This document shows positions 45,280-56,849 of a stretch of DNA of 62,855 nt, piece after piece. The stretch is from Trueperaceae bacterium (GTDB lineage: Bacteria; Deinococcota; Deinococci; Deinococcales; Trueperaceae). Under the pieces are notes generated by a model. That model ran no database searches. It saw nothing but the letters and a program-made list of their open reading frames with translations, and was not told the origin of the DNA. Numbering within the stretch: position 1 is the stretch's first letter; every line of letters starts with the position of its first letter. Made by a program: the position numbers and the translations under genes. The stretch lies in contig JBAYRM010000001.1 in the NCBI GenBank assembly GCA_041676665.1, positions 1 to 62,855 on the forward strand. Direction: 5' to 3'.

Positions 45280-47334
45280 ATGCAAGCCAACCCCCTTCTG
45301 TCAACCGATTTCGAGATCCCGTTCGACCGTATTCAAGCGCAGCACGTGGTGCCGGGTCTGCGCGCTGCTTTGGCGGTCGCCGAGCAGCGCCTCGAGGCCA
45401 TGGCCGAGACCGCTGCCGGTAGCGCGCCGGTCACGTACGAGAGCAGCCTCGGCGCCCTCGACGAGCTCGCCGAGGGCTTGTATAGACCGTTCGGTCTGGT
45501 AGGCCATCTCAACGGCGTCGTCAACTCCCCCGAACTGCGTGCGGCCTTCAACGAGGTTCAGCCCGAGGTGGTGGCGTTCTTCGCCAGACTGTGGACCGAC
45601 CAGCGCGTCTGGAGCGTGCTGAAACGCTTCGCGGAGTCAGCCGAGGGCAAGGCGCTCACGGGCGTGGCCGAGCGCCACCTGCACAAGACCATGGAGCAGT
45701 TCCGCCGGGCGGGCGCCGACCTAGACGAAGCCGGGCGCAAGCGCGTAGAGGAGTTGAAGGTCGAGCTGGCCCGCCTCTCGACGCGCTTCTCTGAGAACGT
45801 CCTCGACGACACCAACGCCTTCGAGCTGCTGTTAGACGACGAGGAGCAGCTGGCCGGCCTGCCAGACAGCGCGCGCCGCCGCGCCCGCGCCTCTGCCGAG
45901 GCCAAGCAGCAGGCGGGCTACCGCTTCACGCTGCAGGCTCCCTCGTACATGCCGTTCATGAAGTACTCCGAGCAACGGGGCCTGCGCCGCCACATGTACG
46001 AGGCCTACTTCTCGGTCGGCGGCGAGGGCCCCCACGACAACCGGCCCCTGGTGCGCCAGATCCTCGCCAAGCGCCGCGAAGTCGCCAGCGTCCTCGGTTA
46101 CGCCGACTTCGCCGACCTGCAGACCGAACCGAGGATGATCGGCTCGGGCGCCAACGCCGCCGCCTTCACCACCGAACTCACCGCCAAGACGACCGAGCAC
46201 TTCGTGCGCGAGGTCGAGGAACTGGCCGAGTTCGCGGCGCGCGAGCTGGGCATACACGAGCTGCAGCCGTGGGACCTGGCCTTCGTGAGCGAGAAGCTGC
46301 GCATGGCGCGCTTCGACATCGACGAGGAGGAGCTGCGTCCCTACTTCCCGCTGCCGGGCGTGCTCAAAGGCCTGTTCGACCTCACCGAGCGCCTCTTCGG
46401 CGTGAACGTGAAGCGCGTCGACGGCGTACCTGTCTGGCATGAGGACGTGGAGGTCTACCACCTAACGCACGAGGACGGCACGTTCCTCGGCTCGTTCTAC
46501 GCGGACTGGTTCCCGCGCGAGAGCAAGCGCGGCGGCGCCTGGATGAACGGACTCGTTACCGGCGGACCCAGCGCTAACGGCTTCGAGCCGCACGTCGGCA
46601 TCGTGGCCGCCAACTTCAGCACCCCCGAGGGCAGCGGACCAGCGCTCCTCACGCACGACGAGGTCGAAACGGTGTTCCACGAGTTCGGGCACCTGCTGCA
46701 CCACCTCGTTTCGCGCGTGCCCATCAAGACGCGCAGCAGCATGAACGTGCCGTGGGACTTCGTCGAGCTGCCGAGCCAGATCATGGAGAACTGGACGTGG
46801 GAGAAGCAGGCGCTGGACCTGTTCGCACGCCACGTAGACACCGGCGCGACCATCCCGACCGAGCTGTTCGCACGCCTGGAGAGTACGCGCACCTTCGGTG
46901 GCGCCATCGCCCAGATGCGCCAGCTGGCGTTCGGTACGGTGGACCTGGCGCTGCACCGCGACTACGACCCGGGGTCAGACGTCGACCCCCTCGACTTCGC
47001 CAAGGGCATCATCGCCCCGTTCGAGGTGCGGCCCGAGTTCGCAAGCGGCAACCGCCTCACGCGCTTCACGCACGTCTTCGCAGGCGGCTATGCCGCCGGG
47101 TACTACAGCTACAAGTGGAGCGAGGTGCTGGACGCCGACGCCTTCAGCCGCTTCCAGGCCGAAGGGATCTTCAACCCCGACACGGGCCGTGACTTCGCCG
47201 ACAAGGTCCTGGCCAAGGGCGACGGCGCCGACTCGGCGCAGCTGTTCCGCGACTTCATGGGTAGAGACCCGCAGCTCGACGCACTGATCCGGCGCAACCT
47301 GGGCGCAGAACCGACAGACGCCATCCCCGTTTAG
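45280..47334 (+). CDS. prlC: M3 family metallopeptidase (oligopeptidase A/Dcp-like)
   Basis: Start at ATG 45280 (MQANPLLSTDFEIPFDRIQAQHVVPGL). HEFGHLLHH zinc motif and downstream E ligand region. Confidence 0.9.
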   Translation: MQANPLLSTDFEIPFDRIQAQHVVPGLRAALAVAEQRLEAMAETAAGSAPVTYESSLGALDELAEGLYRPFGLVGHLNGVVNSPELRAAFNEVQPEVVAFFARLWTDQRVWSVLKRFAESAEGKALTGVAERHLHKTMEQFRRAGADLDEAGRKRVEELKVELARLSTRFSENVLDDTNAFELLLDDEEQLAGLPDSARRRARASAEAKQQAGYRFTLQAPSYMPFMKYSEQRGLRRHMYEAYFSVGGEGPHDNRPLVRQILAKRREVASVLGYADFADLQTEPRMIGSGANAAAFTTELTAKTTEHFVREVEELAEFAARELGIHELQPWDLAFVSEKLRMARFDIDEEELRPYFPLPGVLKGLFDLTERLFGVNVKRVDGVPVWHEDVEVYHLTHEDGTFLGSFYADWFPRESKRGGAWMNGLVTGGPSANGFEPHVGIVAANFSTPEGSGPALLTHDEVETVFHEFGHLLHHLVSRVPIKTRSSMNVPWDFVELPSQIMENWTWEKQALDLFARHVDTGATIPTELFARLESTRTFGGAIAQMRQLAFGTVDLALHRDYDPGSDVDPLDFAKGIIAPFEVRPEFASGNRLTRFTHVFAGGYAAGYYSYKWSEVLDADAFSRFQAEGIFNPDTGRDFADKVLAKGDGADSAQLFRDFMGRDPQLDALIRRNLGAEPTDAIPV

Positions 47335-47348
47335 CGCGCGCTTGCGGC

Positions 47349-48422
47349 CTAAAGCGCCAAGTGGCGCGCGTGGTAGAGCAGCAGCGCCAGCTGGGTGCCG
47401 CGGTCGTACTCGGCCATGCCGCCCGCCTCACCCTGACTGCGCAGGTACAGGTCGTACGCCGCCGTGGCCCCGCGCGTGAGCCTGGCATCCTCGAACCGCC
47501 TGGTGGCCCGGTCGGCTGCCCGCACGTCCGCGTGGGCCGCGGCCGGCCACTGCGCCATGAACGCCTGCCGTTCGTTCGCCGGTAGCGCGGCGGCCATGGC
47601 GCCAGCCAGCCGCAGGGCCGCCGCGTAGACCACCCGCTGATCAGCACACTCGAGACCTGCCACCAGTCCCACCGCCTCCGCTTCGGCTTCGGCGGCGTAA
47701 CCCGCGCTGTGTGCCAGCTCGTGCAGGGCTACCCCCAGCGCGCTGACCGGCGCCAGGCCCGCGTCGATGTGTGGCTCGAGCAGCCACGGCAGCGTTATGC
47801 CAGCGAAGCCGAAGCGCAGCATGAGTCCTGCGGGCAGCAACTTGACCCGCTGCGGCAGCGTGGCTGGTCTGTACTCCGAGCGCAGGTCGGAGGCCAGTTG
47901 CGCCACGCAGCGCGCCGCGCTGGCGGGCAGGTCGGCGCTGTCCGGAACGGCGTTAAGGGTTGGTGCCGGGCCGCCGCGCGACCAGGCGCTGCTACTAGCC
48001 AGCAGCTCTAGCACGCGCAGCTCCAGCCCGCCCCTGGCGTCCGCCGTGAGCGATTCGGGCGCCAGCCCCTCGCGCTCCGCCAGGCCCGGCAGCCGGTACG
48101 CCAGACCGAAAGTGAGCGAGAAGAGCAGCAGCAGTACCAGCCCCGCCGCAGCCCAGGTGGTCAGCACACCTCTAAGCGCCCGCCTGCCGGCCGCTGGTAA
48201 CACGGCCAGCGGAACGCTCACCAGGAGGATCAGCAGCACACCGCTAACGGAGAAGCCGGCCGCGTCGACCACCGGGGCGGAAAGGGCGGACCACGCCGGC
48301 AGCAGCACGCCCAGGTAAACGCGCTCGACCAGCGCGCCTGGCCACGGCAGCAGCGCCAGCGCTACGCCCGCCAGGAACAGGGCGAGCGCCGCTCGCGTGG
48401 CGGCGCGCCTCACCTGCGCCAC
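47349..48422 (-). CDS. DUF3810 domain membrane protein (putative zinc-dependent hydrolase)
   Basis: LHELAHSAGYAAEAEAEAVGL matches the DUF3810 HExxH...E-A-x-A pattern, with N-terminal TM helices. The start is uncertain: GTG 48422 was chosen to limit overlap with the ABC-F gene. The ORF track extends to 48602. Confidence 0.7.
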   Translation of the reverse strand: MAQVRRAATRAALALFLAGVALALLPWPGALVERVYLGVLLPAWSALSAPVVDAAGFSVSGVLLILLVSVPLAVLPAAGRRALRGVLTTWAAAGLVLLLLFSLTFGLAYRLPGLAEREGLAPESLTADARGGLELRVLELLASSSAWSRGGPAPTLNAVPDSADLPASAARCVAQLASDLRSEYRPATLPQRVKLLPAGLMLRFGFAGITLPWLLEPHIDAGLAPVSALGVALHELAHSAGYAAEAEAEAVGLVAGLECADQRVVYAAALRLAGAMAAALPANERQAFMAQWPAAAHADVRAADRATRRFEDARLTRGATAAYDLYLRSQGEAGGMAEYDRGTQLALLLYHARHLAL

Positions 48423-50872
48423 CCCTCGAGCGTGAGGAACTCTCCCAGCCCCAGCGACCACCAGCCGGAGCTGGCCGACGACAGCACCGTGCCGGGCAGC
48501 GGACCAGCATGGTGCAGCTGAACGGCGCGCGCCCCGAGGCGCGTGAACGCCAGGCGCGCGCCCGCGTCTGCCAGCGCTGCGCGCACGTACGGCAGCGTGC
48601 ACGCCTGAGTGCGGTCCACGAACTGCAGGTGACCAACCTGCTGCTGCAGGCGCACCTCCAGCCAGGAGGCGGCGCAGTCCAGCAGCACGTGGTCCGGATC
48701 GGCCAGACCGCCGCCGGCACCGTTACGCGCGGCCGCCAGGCGACCGAACGCCGCCGCTGCGGTCGCTGCAGGGCTGCTGGTGCTGCCCTCAGCGTGAGGC
48801 TGCGGCACGACGACCACCAGGCGGTCATGGGGTGTGGGACCGTTCAGTCGGCCGGCGCCATCCTCGAGGTGATCGGCGAACAGCGTCAGACCGCCCTCGA
48901 CCAGCCGGTACGCCGGCGCCGCAGCGGGCAGCCTAGCGCCGTACGCCGCCATGAGCGCCTCCTCCACCTCGTCCAGCGCTGCCTGCACGCGTCCTCGCTC
49001 CCTTTCCGAAAGCGTACTTAGCTCGTCCCTAAGCCTCAGCAGTTCAGAGCGGCGATCCTCCAGCGCGTCGAGGTCCGCGCCCGCAGGTGCCGGGGCGCCC
49101 GTGGCGCTAGACCCCACATGCTCGTGAGACTCTAGAGCCCCGTCCGCGCCGACCGCGGCCCCGGGTTGCGTTGGCTCTGGGCCGGTCAGCGCTGCATCAG
49201 GGCCCAGGCTCGCCGCGGCCGCGGCTGTCCCTTCGGCGGCCTGACTGCCGATGTAGTCGCTGACCGCGGCGAAGCGCGCGACCTGACCGTCCTGCAGTGT
49301 CCACACTTCGGTGGTCAGGTTGGCCGCGAGGCGGCGGTCGTGGGTGGCGAGCAGCAGCGCTGCGCCGCTACCGTCGAGCTTCTCCAGCAGTTGCGCCTCC
49401 AGCGCTTCCACCGCCGCCAGGTCCAGGTCGTTGGTAGGTTCGTCGAGCAGCCACACGTCCGCCTCCTCGGCCAGGCTCAACGCCAGCCCGGCGCGCGCCC
49501 GCTCACCGCCAGAAAGCTCAACTGGCAAGGCGGACCAGCGCTCCGGCGCCACGCCCGCGCCCGCCAGGAGTCGCCCGGCGCGCACGCTGCCGACCCGCTC
49601 GCTGGCCTGCTCCCACAGGCTCACCCCGTCAACCAGGCCGCGGTCCTCCTGACCGATGAGGCGCAGCTTCAGGCCCGGCAGGTAACGCAGCTCCGTGGTG
49701 GGGTCGCTGGAGGGGCGAGTTCCGGCCAGAAGTTCTAGGAGCGTGCTCTTGCCGCTACCGTTGGGGCCCAGCAGCGCCACTCGGTCGCCCCGCCTGACGC
49801 TAAGGTCGGCGCTGGCAACGACCGGCGGGCTCGACAAGGCGGTGGCCTCCAGCAGCACGGGCGCCCCCTGCCGCACCGTTGTGTCAGCCGTGGTCGCCAG
49901 GCGCGGCGGCGCCTCGACAGAAGCACGTGCCAGCGCACCTCCAAGCCGCAGGCGGCGCAGGTCGCGCTGCGCAGCGCGCTTGCGGGCGGCCGCTTTCTTG
50001 CCGAACGTCGCCAGCTCTGCAGCCATGACCTCCAGACGCTGCGCCTCCTTGTCGCGCTCCCTGGCGCGCCTGTCGGCCGCCGCGAGGGAGCCTAGGCGCC
50101 GCGCCCGCGCCTCGGAGTAGGGGGCGCGCTCCAGGTGTAAGCGGGCGGGCCCGTCACCCGGTAGCGAGGGCCTCTCCAGGAACGCTGTGAGCGTGGTCGC
50201 GTCGTCCAGTAGCGCCCGGTCGTGGCTCACCACCACCAGCGCGCCGCCCCACGCAGCCAGGCGGCGCGAGAGGCTCACCCGCGCCGCGAGGTCCAAGTGG
50301 TTAGTGGGCTCGTCCAGCAGAAGCAGGTCCGGGGCTGAGGCCAACGTGCCAGCCAGCGCAAGGCGCCGCCGCTCGCCCGCCGAGAGCTGGGCCACCTGCC
50401 GCCCGTCGTCGGCACCGGTGAAACCGACCAGCGCCAGCTCACGCCGCAGGGCGGCTTCGGCACCGAAACCGCCGGCACGCTCGAACTCGCTTTGCAGGCG
50501 CGCGTACTCGTCGGCCGGCGCCCCACTCAGGCCGAGCGACCGCTCGACCTGGCGCATGCGCGCCTCAAGCTCGCGAACGTCGCTCAGGTAGCGGCTGGCG
50601 GCATGCCACAACGTCTGGCCCTGCGGGATGGGTGGCGCTGACTGCGGCAGGTAGCCCACTCTGACGCCGGGCGCGCGCCACAGGCGGCCTGAGGCTGGCT
50701 CGACGGCTCCCGCCAGTGCGCGCAGCAGCGTCGACTTGCCGCTGCCGTTGGCGCCCACCAGCCCCACCCGGTCGCCCGCGCTGAGCCTTAAGCTCACGCC
50801 CTCCAGCAGCTCGGAGCCGCCAGCCAGAAGCGTGAGACGTTGGGCTACCAGTAGTTCCATTCGAAGGTCCAC
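48410..50872 (-). CDS. ABC-F family ATPase with an extended C-terminus
   Basis: 820 aa. Two NBDs (GANGSGKST/LSAGERRR/LLLDEPTNHLD and GPNGSGKST/LSGGERAR/WLLDEPTNDLD). No TM domain. Coiled-coil-like LDALEDRRSELLRLRDELSTLSERE, then about 180 aa of unassigned sequence. Confidence 0.88.
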   Translation of the reverse strand: MDLRMELLVAQRLTLLAGGSELLEGVSLRLSAGDRVGLVGANGSGKSTLLRALAGAVEPASGRLWRAPGVRVGYLPQSAPPIPQGQTLWHAASRYLSDVRELEARMRQVERSLGLSGAPADEYARLQSEFERAGGFGAEAALRRELALVGFTGADDGRQVAQLSAGERRRLALAGTLASAPDLLLLDEPTNHLDLAARVSLSRRLAAWGGALVVVSHDRALLDDATTLTAFLERPSLPGDGPARLHLERAPYSEARARRLGSLAAADRRARERDKEAQRLEVMAAELATFGKKAAARKRAAQRDLRRLRLGGALARASVEAPPRLATTADTTVRQGAPVLLEATALSSPPVVASADLSVRRGDRVALLGPNGSGKSTLLELLAGTRPSSDPTTELRYLPGLKLRLIGQEDRGLVDGVSLWEQASERVGSVRAGRLLAGAGVAPERWSALPVELSGGERARAGLALSLAEEADVWLLDEPTNDLDLAAVEALEAQLLEKLDGSGAALLLATHDRRLAANLTTEVWTLQDGQVARFAAVSDYIGSQAAEGTAAAAASLGPDAALTGPEPTQPGAAVGADGALESHEHVGSSATGAPAPAGADLDALEDRRSELLRLRDELSTLSERERGRVQAALDEVEEALMAAYGARLPAAAPAYRLVEGGLTLFADHLEDGAGRLNGPTPHDRLVVVVPQPHAEGSTSSPAATAAAAFGRLAAARNGAGGGLADPDHVLLDCAASWLEVRLQQQVGHLQFVDRTQACTLPYVRAALADAGARLAFTRLGARAVQLHHAGPLPGTVLSSASSGWWSLGLGEFLTLEGWRR

Positions 50873-50975
50873 GGCAGAGTAGCTCGGGCTGCCTGCCGGT
50901 CATCTTAGCCGTGGGCGGGTCGCGGCGGCCGTCCGGGGAGTCGTGTGCGCCGCGGCCGCCGCTGCGGCAGGCAGC

Positions 50976-50981
50976 TATGCT
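50976..50981 (+). promoter_or_regulatory. -10-like hexamer TATGCT, 6 nt upstream of GTG 50988
   Basis: Sequence reads TATGCT-cgggct-GTG with no SD. Confidence 0.35.
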
Positions 50982-50987
50982 CGGGCT

Positions 50988-51326
50988 GTGAAGCTGTTCA
51001 CCGGCCGGGGAGCCAACCAGCCTTTCGACTGCGTAGTGTGCGGCGCAGTGGTGCCGCCGCTCGAGGCCGGGGGGTACCGCAACCACTGCCCGTTCTGCCT
51101 GCATTCGCTGCACGTCGACGTGAACCCGGGAGACCGCGCCAGTGACTGCGGCGGCGTGCTCGAGCCGGTGGGGGTGGAGCCCGGCAAGAAGGGCTGGGTG
51201 ATCGTTCACCGCTGCCGCGAGTGCGGCGCCACCAGGCGTAACAGGGCGGCGCAGGATGACCCCGGCGTCAACGACGACTACGACGCCATTCTCGCCGTTT
51301 CGGCCGGCCGGCCGCCGCGCTGGTAG
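50988..51326 (+). CDS. RNHCP domain-containing zinc-ribbon protein
   Basis: Contains FDCVVCG...GYRNHCPFCLHSLHVD...ASDCGG...HRCRECG. Start set to GTG 50988. Confidence 0.7.
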   Translation: MKLFTGRGANQPFDCVVCGAVVPPLEAGGYRNHCPFCLHSLHVDVNPGDRASDCGGVLEPVGVEPGKKGWVIVHRCRECGATRRNRAAQDDPGVNDDYDAILAVSAGRPPRW

Positions 51327-51378
51327 ACTCGCGCAAAGGTCCGCCGCGGTGCCGCGCCGGTCAGTCCTAGGAGTGAAC

Positions 51379-52152
51379 ATGGCATACCAGACCATCGCCC
51401 TGCACGAGGAGGGCGGCGCCCTCCGGATCACGCTCGACCGCCCTGAGGTTCTCAACGCCCTGACCTTCGAGCTGCTCGGCGAGCTGGCGCACGCGCTGCG
51501 CGGCCCGGCCGCCGAGTCTGGGGTGAGGGCCGTGCTGATCACTGGCGCTGGCCGCGGCTTCTGCGCGGGCGCCGACCTGGCCAGCACCCCTCTGTCGGGC
51601 GACATCGGCGAGATCCTCGAGACCTCCTACCACCCCGTGGTTCACGCCATCGCCGAGCTGAACAAGCCGGTTATCGCGGGCGTGAACGGGGTGGCTGCCG
51701 GCGCCGGCCTCAGCCTGGCGCTCGCCTGCGACATGCGCTTCCTGGCGCAGAGCGCCTCGTTCGCGGTGGGGTTCACCGGCATCGGTCTCGTCATGGACGC
51801 TGGCGGCAGCTACTTCCTGCCACGCCTGGTGGGGGTTGGGCGCGCCATGGAACTGGCGCTCTCGAACCGCCGCGTGGGGGCCGAGGAGGCGCTGGCGCTG
51901 GGCCTCGGTGAGCGCATCCTGGAAGGCGACTTCGCCCAGCAGGTCTGGGTCGAGACGCTCAAACTAGCCCAGGGGCCCACGTTGGCCTACGGCCTACTGA
52001 AGCGCGAACTGCGCGCCAGCCTGAGTAACGGCCTCAGCGAGCAGCTGGCGCTGGAGGCCCGCTCGCAGGCGCGCGCCGCGACCTCGGCAGACGTGCGCGA
52101 GGGCATCACCGCGTTCATGGAGAAGCGCGGTCCGGAGTTCAAGGGTGAGTAG
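51379..52152 (+). CDS. enoyl-CoA hydratase/isomerase family protein
   Basis: Start at ATG 51379 with AGGAG upstream. ITLDRPEVLNAL, GAGRGFCAGADL, GVNGVAAGAG. Confidence 0.9.
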   Translation: MAYQTIALHEEGGALRITLDRPEVLNALTFELLGELAHALRGPAAESGVRAVLITGAGRGFCAGADLASTPLSGDIGEILETSYHPVVHAIAELNKPVIAGVNGVAAGAGLSLALACDMRFLAQSASFAVGFTGIGLVMDAGGSYFLPRLVGVGRAMELALSNRRVGAEEALALGLGERILEGDFAQQVWVETLKLAQGPTLAYGLLKRELRASLSNGLSEQLALEARSQARAATSADVREGITAFMEKRGPEFKGE

Positions 52153-52200
52153 CGCCACGCTGGCGGGCTGCCCCTTCGAGCCTGGTTCGGAGGCAAGGCC

Positions 52201-53793
52201 GTGACCGCCGCCGGGCACGCCGACACGCTGTTCTACGGCTCGGTCATAACCATGGACCACACCAGGCCGCGAGCGGGCGCGGTAGCGGTGCGAGGCGGCA
52301 AGGTCCTGGCGGTCGGCAGTGCCGCCGAGCTGCACGGTTACGCCGGGCCCGGCACGCGCGTGGTGCAGCTGGAAGGGCGCACACTGATGCCGGGCTTCCA
52401 CGACGCCCACGTGCACCTCACGGGCACCGGCGAGGAGCTGGACCATATCAACCTGTTCGACGCGGCCACGCTGGATGAGGCGCTCGCCCGCGTACGGCAG
52501 CGTGCTGCTGAGCTGGGACCGCGTGACTGGGTCAGGGGAGCCGGTTTCGCGCTGCACCGCTGGGGCCTCACCCGGATAACGCGAGCTGAGGCCGACGCGC
52601 TCGACGCCGCTGCCGGTGGCCGTCCCGTGCTGCTTGCCAGCCAGGATCACCACTCGACTTGGGCCAGCCGCTCGGCTCTGGCGCTGGCCGGGGTTGGCGC
52701 TCACACCACGGTTGCTGGCGGCGTCATCGAACTGGACGACGAGGGTGAACCCACGGGCCTGCTGCTCGAGGAGGCCCGCGACCTGGTCGACACTGCCCTG
52801 CCGCCCCCCGACGTGGCAACCATGGCGCGCTGGTTGGAGAAGGCGGCTGAGCATTTCGCGGCGTTAGGGGTTACGACTGTGCACCACATGGCCGCCGAGC
52901 CCGCCGCCTATTTCAGGCAGCTGGCTCTGGCCGCCTCCGACCCCGGTTACCCGCTCAGGGTGTGGGCCTGCGTGCCGCACGCTCAGATAGAGGCCGCTGC
53001 GGCCATAGGGCTGGCCACGGGGCAGGGCGGGCGCAACTTCACGGTCGGCGGCGCCAAGTTCTTCGTCGACGGCGCCCTCGGCAGCCGCACGGCCTGGATG
53101 CTCGAGCCTTACCTGGGCACCGCCACCACGGGCATCGTGGTAGACGGCCCCGAGGTGCTGGCCGAACGCGTGCCGCTAGCGCTGGCGGCTGGCCTGACGC
53201 CGGTCATACACGCCATCGGTGACGCGGCCACCCGCGCTGTGGTCGACGTGTACGAGGCCACCGCACCTCAGTGGCGTGCGGCGGGCCTGCGGCCGCGGCT
53301 GGAGCACGCCCAGCACATGCACGAGGACGACGTAAGCCGTGCGGGCGCCTTGGGTCTGGTCGCCTCCATGCAGCCCATACACCTGACGTTCGACGTTGAC
53401 TCCATAGCCACGGAACTGGCCGATCGCCAAGCGCGCGCCTACCCCATGCGCTCGCTGGCGCGCGCGGGGGCGGTGCTGGCGTTCGGCTCCGACAGCCCTG
53501 TGGCGCCCCCTGACCCGTACGAGGGGCTGCGCGCGGCCGCGCGGCGCGCGGCCCCCAGCGGCCGGCGCCTCACGCCGACGGAAGCCGTGGGGCCCGACGA
53601 GGCGCTGAACGCCTACACCCGCGGCGCTGCGTACGCCGTTCACGCGGAGGACCGCTCGGGCATGCTGGCGCCCGGCTACGACGCCGACCTGGTGGTGCTG
53701 ACGCACGACCCGACCGTGAGCCTGGATGGTTTGGCGGCGGTGGCCACCATGAAGGGTGGACGCTTCACGCACGGTGAGGACGCGCTGGGCTAA
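52201..53793 (+). CDS. amidohydrolase family protein (YtcJ-like metal-dependent hydrolase)
   Basis: 530 aa. PGFHDAHVHL metal motif, HAIGD, FGSDSPV. Confidence 0.88.
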   Translation: MTAAGHADTLFYGSVITMDHTRPRAGAVAVRGGKVLAVGSAAELHGYAGPGTRVVQLEGRTLMPGFHDAHVHLTGTGEELDHINLFDAATLDEALARVRQRAAELGPRDWVRGAGFALHRWGLTRITRAEADALDAAAGGRPVLLASQDHHSTWASRSALALAGVGAHTTVAGGVIELDDEGEPTGLLLEEARDLVDTALPPPDVATMARWLEKAAEHFAALGVTTVHHMAAEPAAYFRQLALAASDPGYPLRVWACVPHAQIEAAAAIGLATGQGGRNFTVGGAKFFVDGALGSRTAWMLEPYLGTATTGIVVDGPEVLAERVPLALAAGLTPVIHAIGDAATRAVVDVYEATAPQWRAAGLRPRLEHAQHMHEDDVSRAGALGLVASMQPIHLTFDVDSIATELADRQARAYPMRSLARAGAVLAFGSDSPVAPPDPYEGLRAAARRAAPSGRRLTPTEAVGPDEALNAYTRGAAYAVHAEDRSGMLAPGYDADLVVLTHDPTVSLDGLAAVATMKGGRFTHGEDALG

Positions 53794-54515
53794 CCGGGGG
53801 TAACCACCAGTTCGTGCACGCGTCCGCGCGGGCGGTTACCAGCGAGGTACAGAAGCGCCTCCGCCAGGGCCGCCGGGTCGATCCAGCGCGCCGGATCGGC
53901 TTTGGGCATAGCCGCGCGGTTACCTGGCGTGTCGATGGCTCCGGCTGGTATCAGCAACGCTACGTGCACTCCGTGCTTGGCGGCCTCAGAAGCCAGCGAC
54001 CGCTGGAAGGCCGCCAGCGCGCCCTTGGAGGCGGCGTAGGCGGTCATGCCCGGAGCGGGAGCCGTTACTGCGTTGGCGCCTACGGCGGCCACGAACCCCG
54101 AAGCGCGGCTTTGCATGCCGGGTAGCAGCGCTGCGGTGGCGTTGACGGCGGTGCGCAGGTTGAGGTCCAGCATGTGCTCAAGCGCCTGCGCTCCGTGGGT
54201 CACCGGGCCGCCCATAGCGAAGCCGCCGGCCAGGTTGAGGAGCGCGCTGACCGGGCCCATGTCGGCCTCCAGACGCCCGAAGCTCGCGAGGCAGTCTTCG
54301 GGTGAGAGGAGGTCTATGCCGATGACGGCGACCTCGGTCCCCGCGGACGCGGCGGTGAGCTCTGCCACCAACGGGTCGAGGGCCGTTTCTCTGCCGGGAC
54401 GGGATACCAGCGCCAGGCGGTAGCCAGCGGCGGCGAAAGCGTGCGCCACTGCGGGGGCCAGACCCCCGGTCGCGCCGGTGATGACGGCCAACGGTCGAGG
54501 ACTGCTTTGGGGCAT
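53790..54515 (-). CDS. SDR family oxidoreductase
   Basis: 241 aa. VITGATGGLA dinucleotide motif and YAASKGA catalytic motif. Its stop codon overlaps the stop of the convergent amidohydrolase gene. Confidence 0.85.
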   Translation of the reverse strand: MPQSSPRPLAVITGATGGLAPAVAHAFAAAGYRLALVSRPGRETALDPLVAELTAASAGTEVAVIGIDLLSPEDCLASFGRLEADMGPVSALLNLAGGFAMGGPVTHGAQALEHMLDLNLRTAVNATAALLPGMQSRASGFVAAVGANAVTAPAPGMTAYAASKGALAAFQRSLASEAAKHGVHVALLIPAGAIDTPGNRAAMPKADPARWIDPAALAEALLYLAGNRPRGRVHELVVTPG

Positions 54516-54520
54516 GCGCC

Positions 54521-54526
54521 ACTCTA
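54521..54526 (-). promoter_or_regulatory. -10-like hexamer TAGAGT, 5 nt upstream of the SDR ATG
   Basis: Minus strand reads TAGAGT-ggcgc-ATG with no SD. Confidence 0.35.
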
Positions 54527-54626
54527 CTGAAGGTGCCCTGCCTGGGGGTCCGCGCGAGGTTACTTAGGGCCGCCTGGCGGACCGGCCAAACTAGGCGAAA
54601 GTCCCGCCCAGAACGGCAAGAACCGT

Positions 54627-56725
<2,099 letters not shown>

Positions 56726-56770
56726 GCGTCACGCCCCGCCAAGCGGCCAGCGGTCCGCACCACATAACAG

Positions 56771-56806
56771 AGCGCCGCCGAACCATTCAAAAGGTTCGGC
56801 GGCGCT
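56771..56806. terminator. bidirectional intrinsic terminator candidate between the convergent gyrB and ACIII-associated cytochrome c genes
   Basis: Perfect 14-bp stem agcgccgccgaacc / ggttcggcggcgct with the 8-nt A/T-rich loop attcaaaa. Confidence 0.65.
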
Positions 56807-56849
56807 TCCTGATGGGCGTAGCCACGGCGCTCAGCGCCGGGCGCGAGCG

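Noticed and set aside
54585-54620. GGCGAAAGTCCCGCCC upstream of gyrB, which resembles the RNase P RNA P4 motif GAGGAAAGUCCGGGC
   Set aside because: The intergenic space (236 nt) is too short for RNase P RNA, and I saw no complementary P4 strand or other conserved regions. It is most likely a chance GC-rich match.
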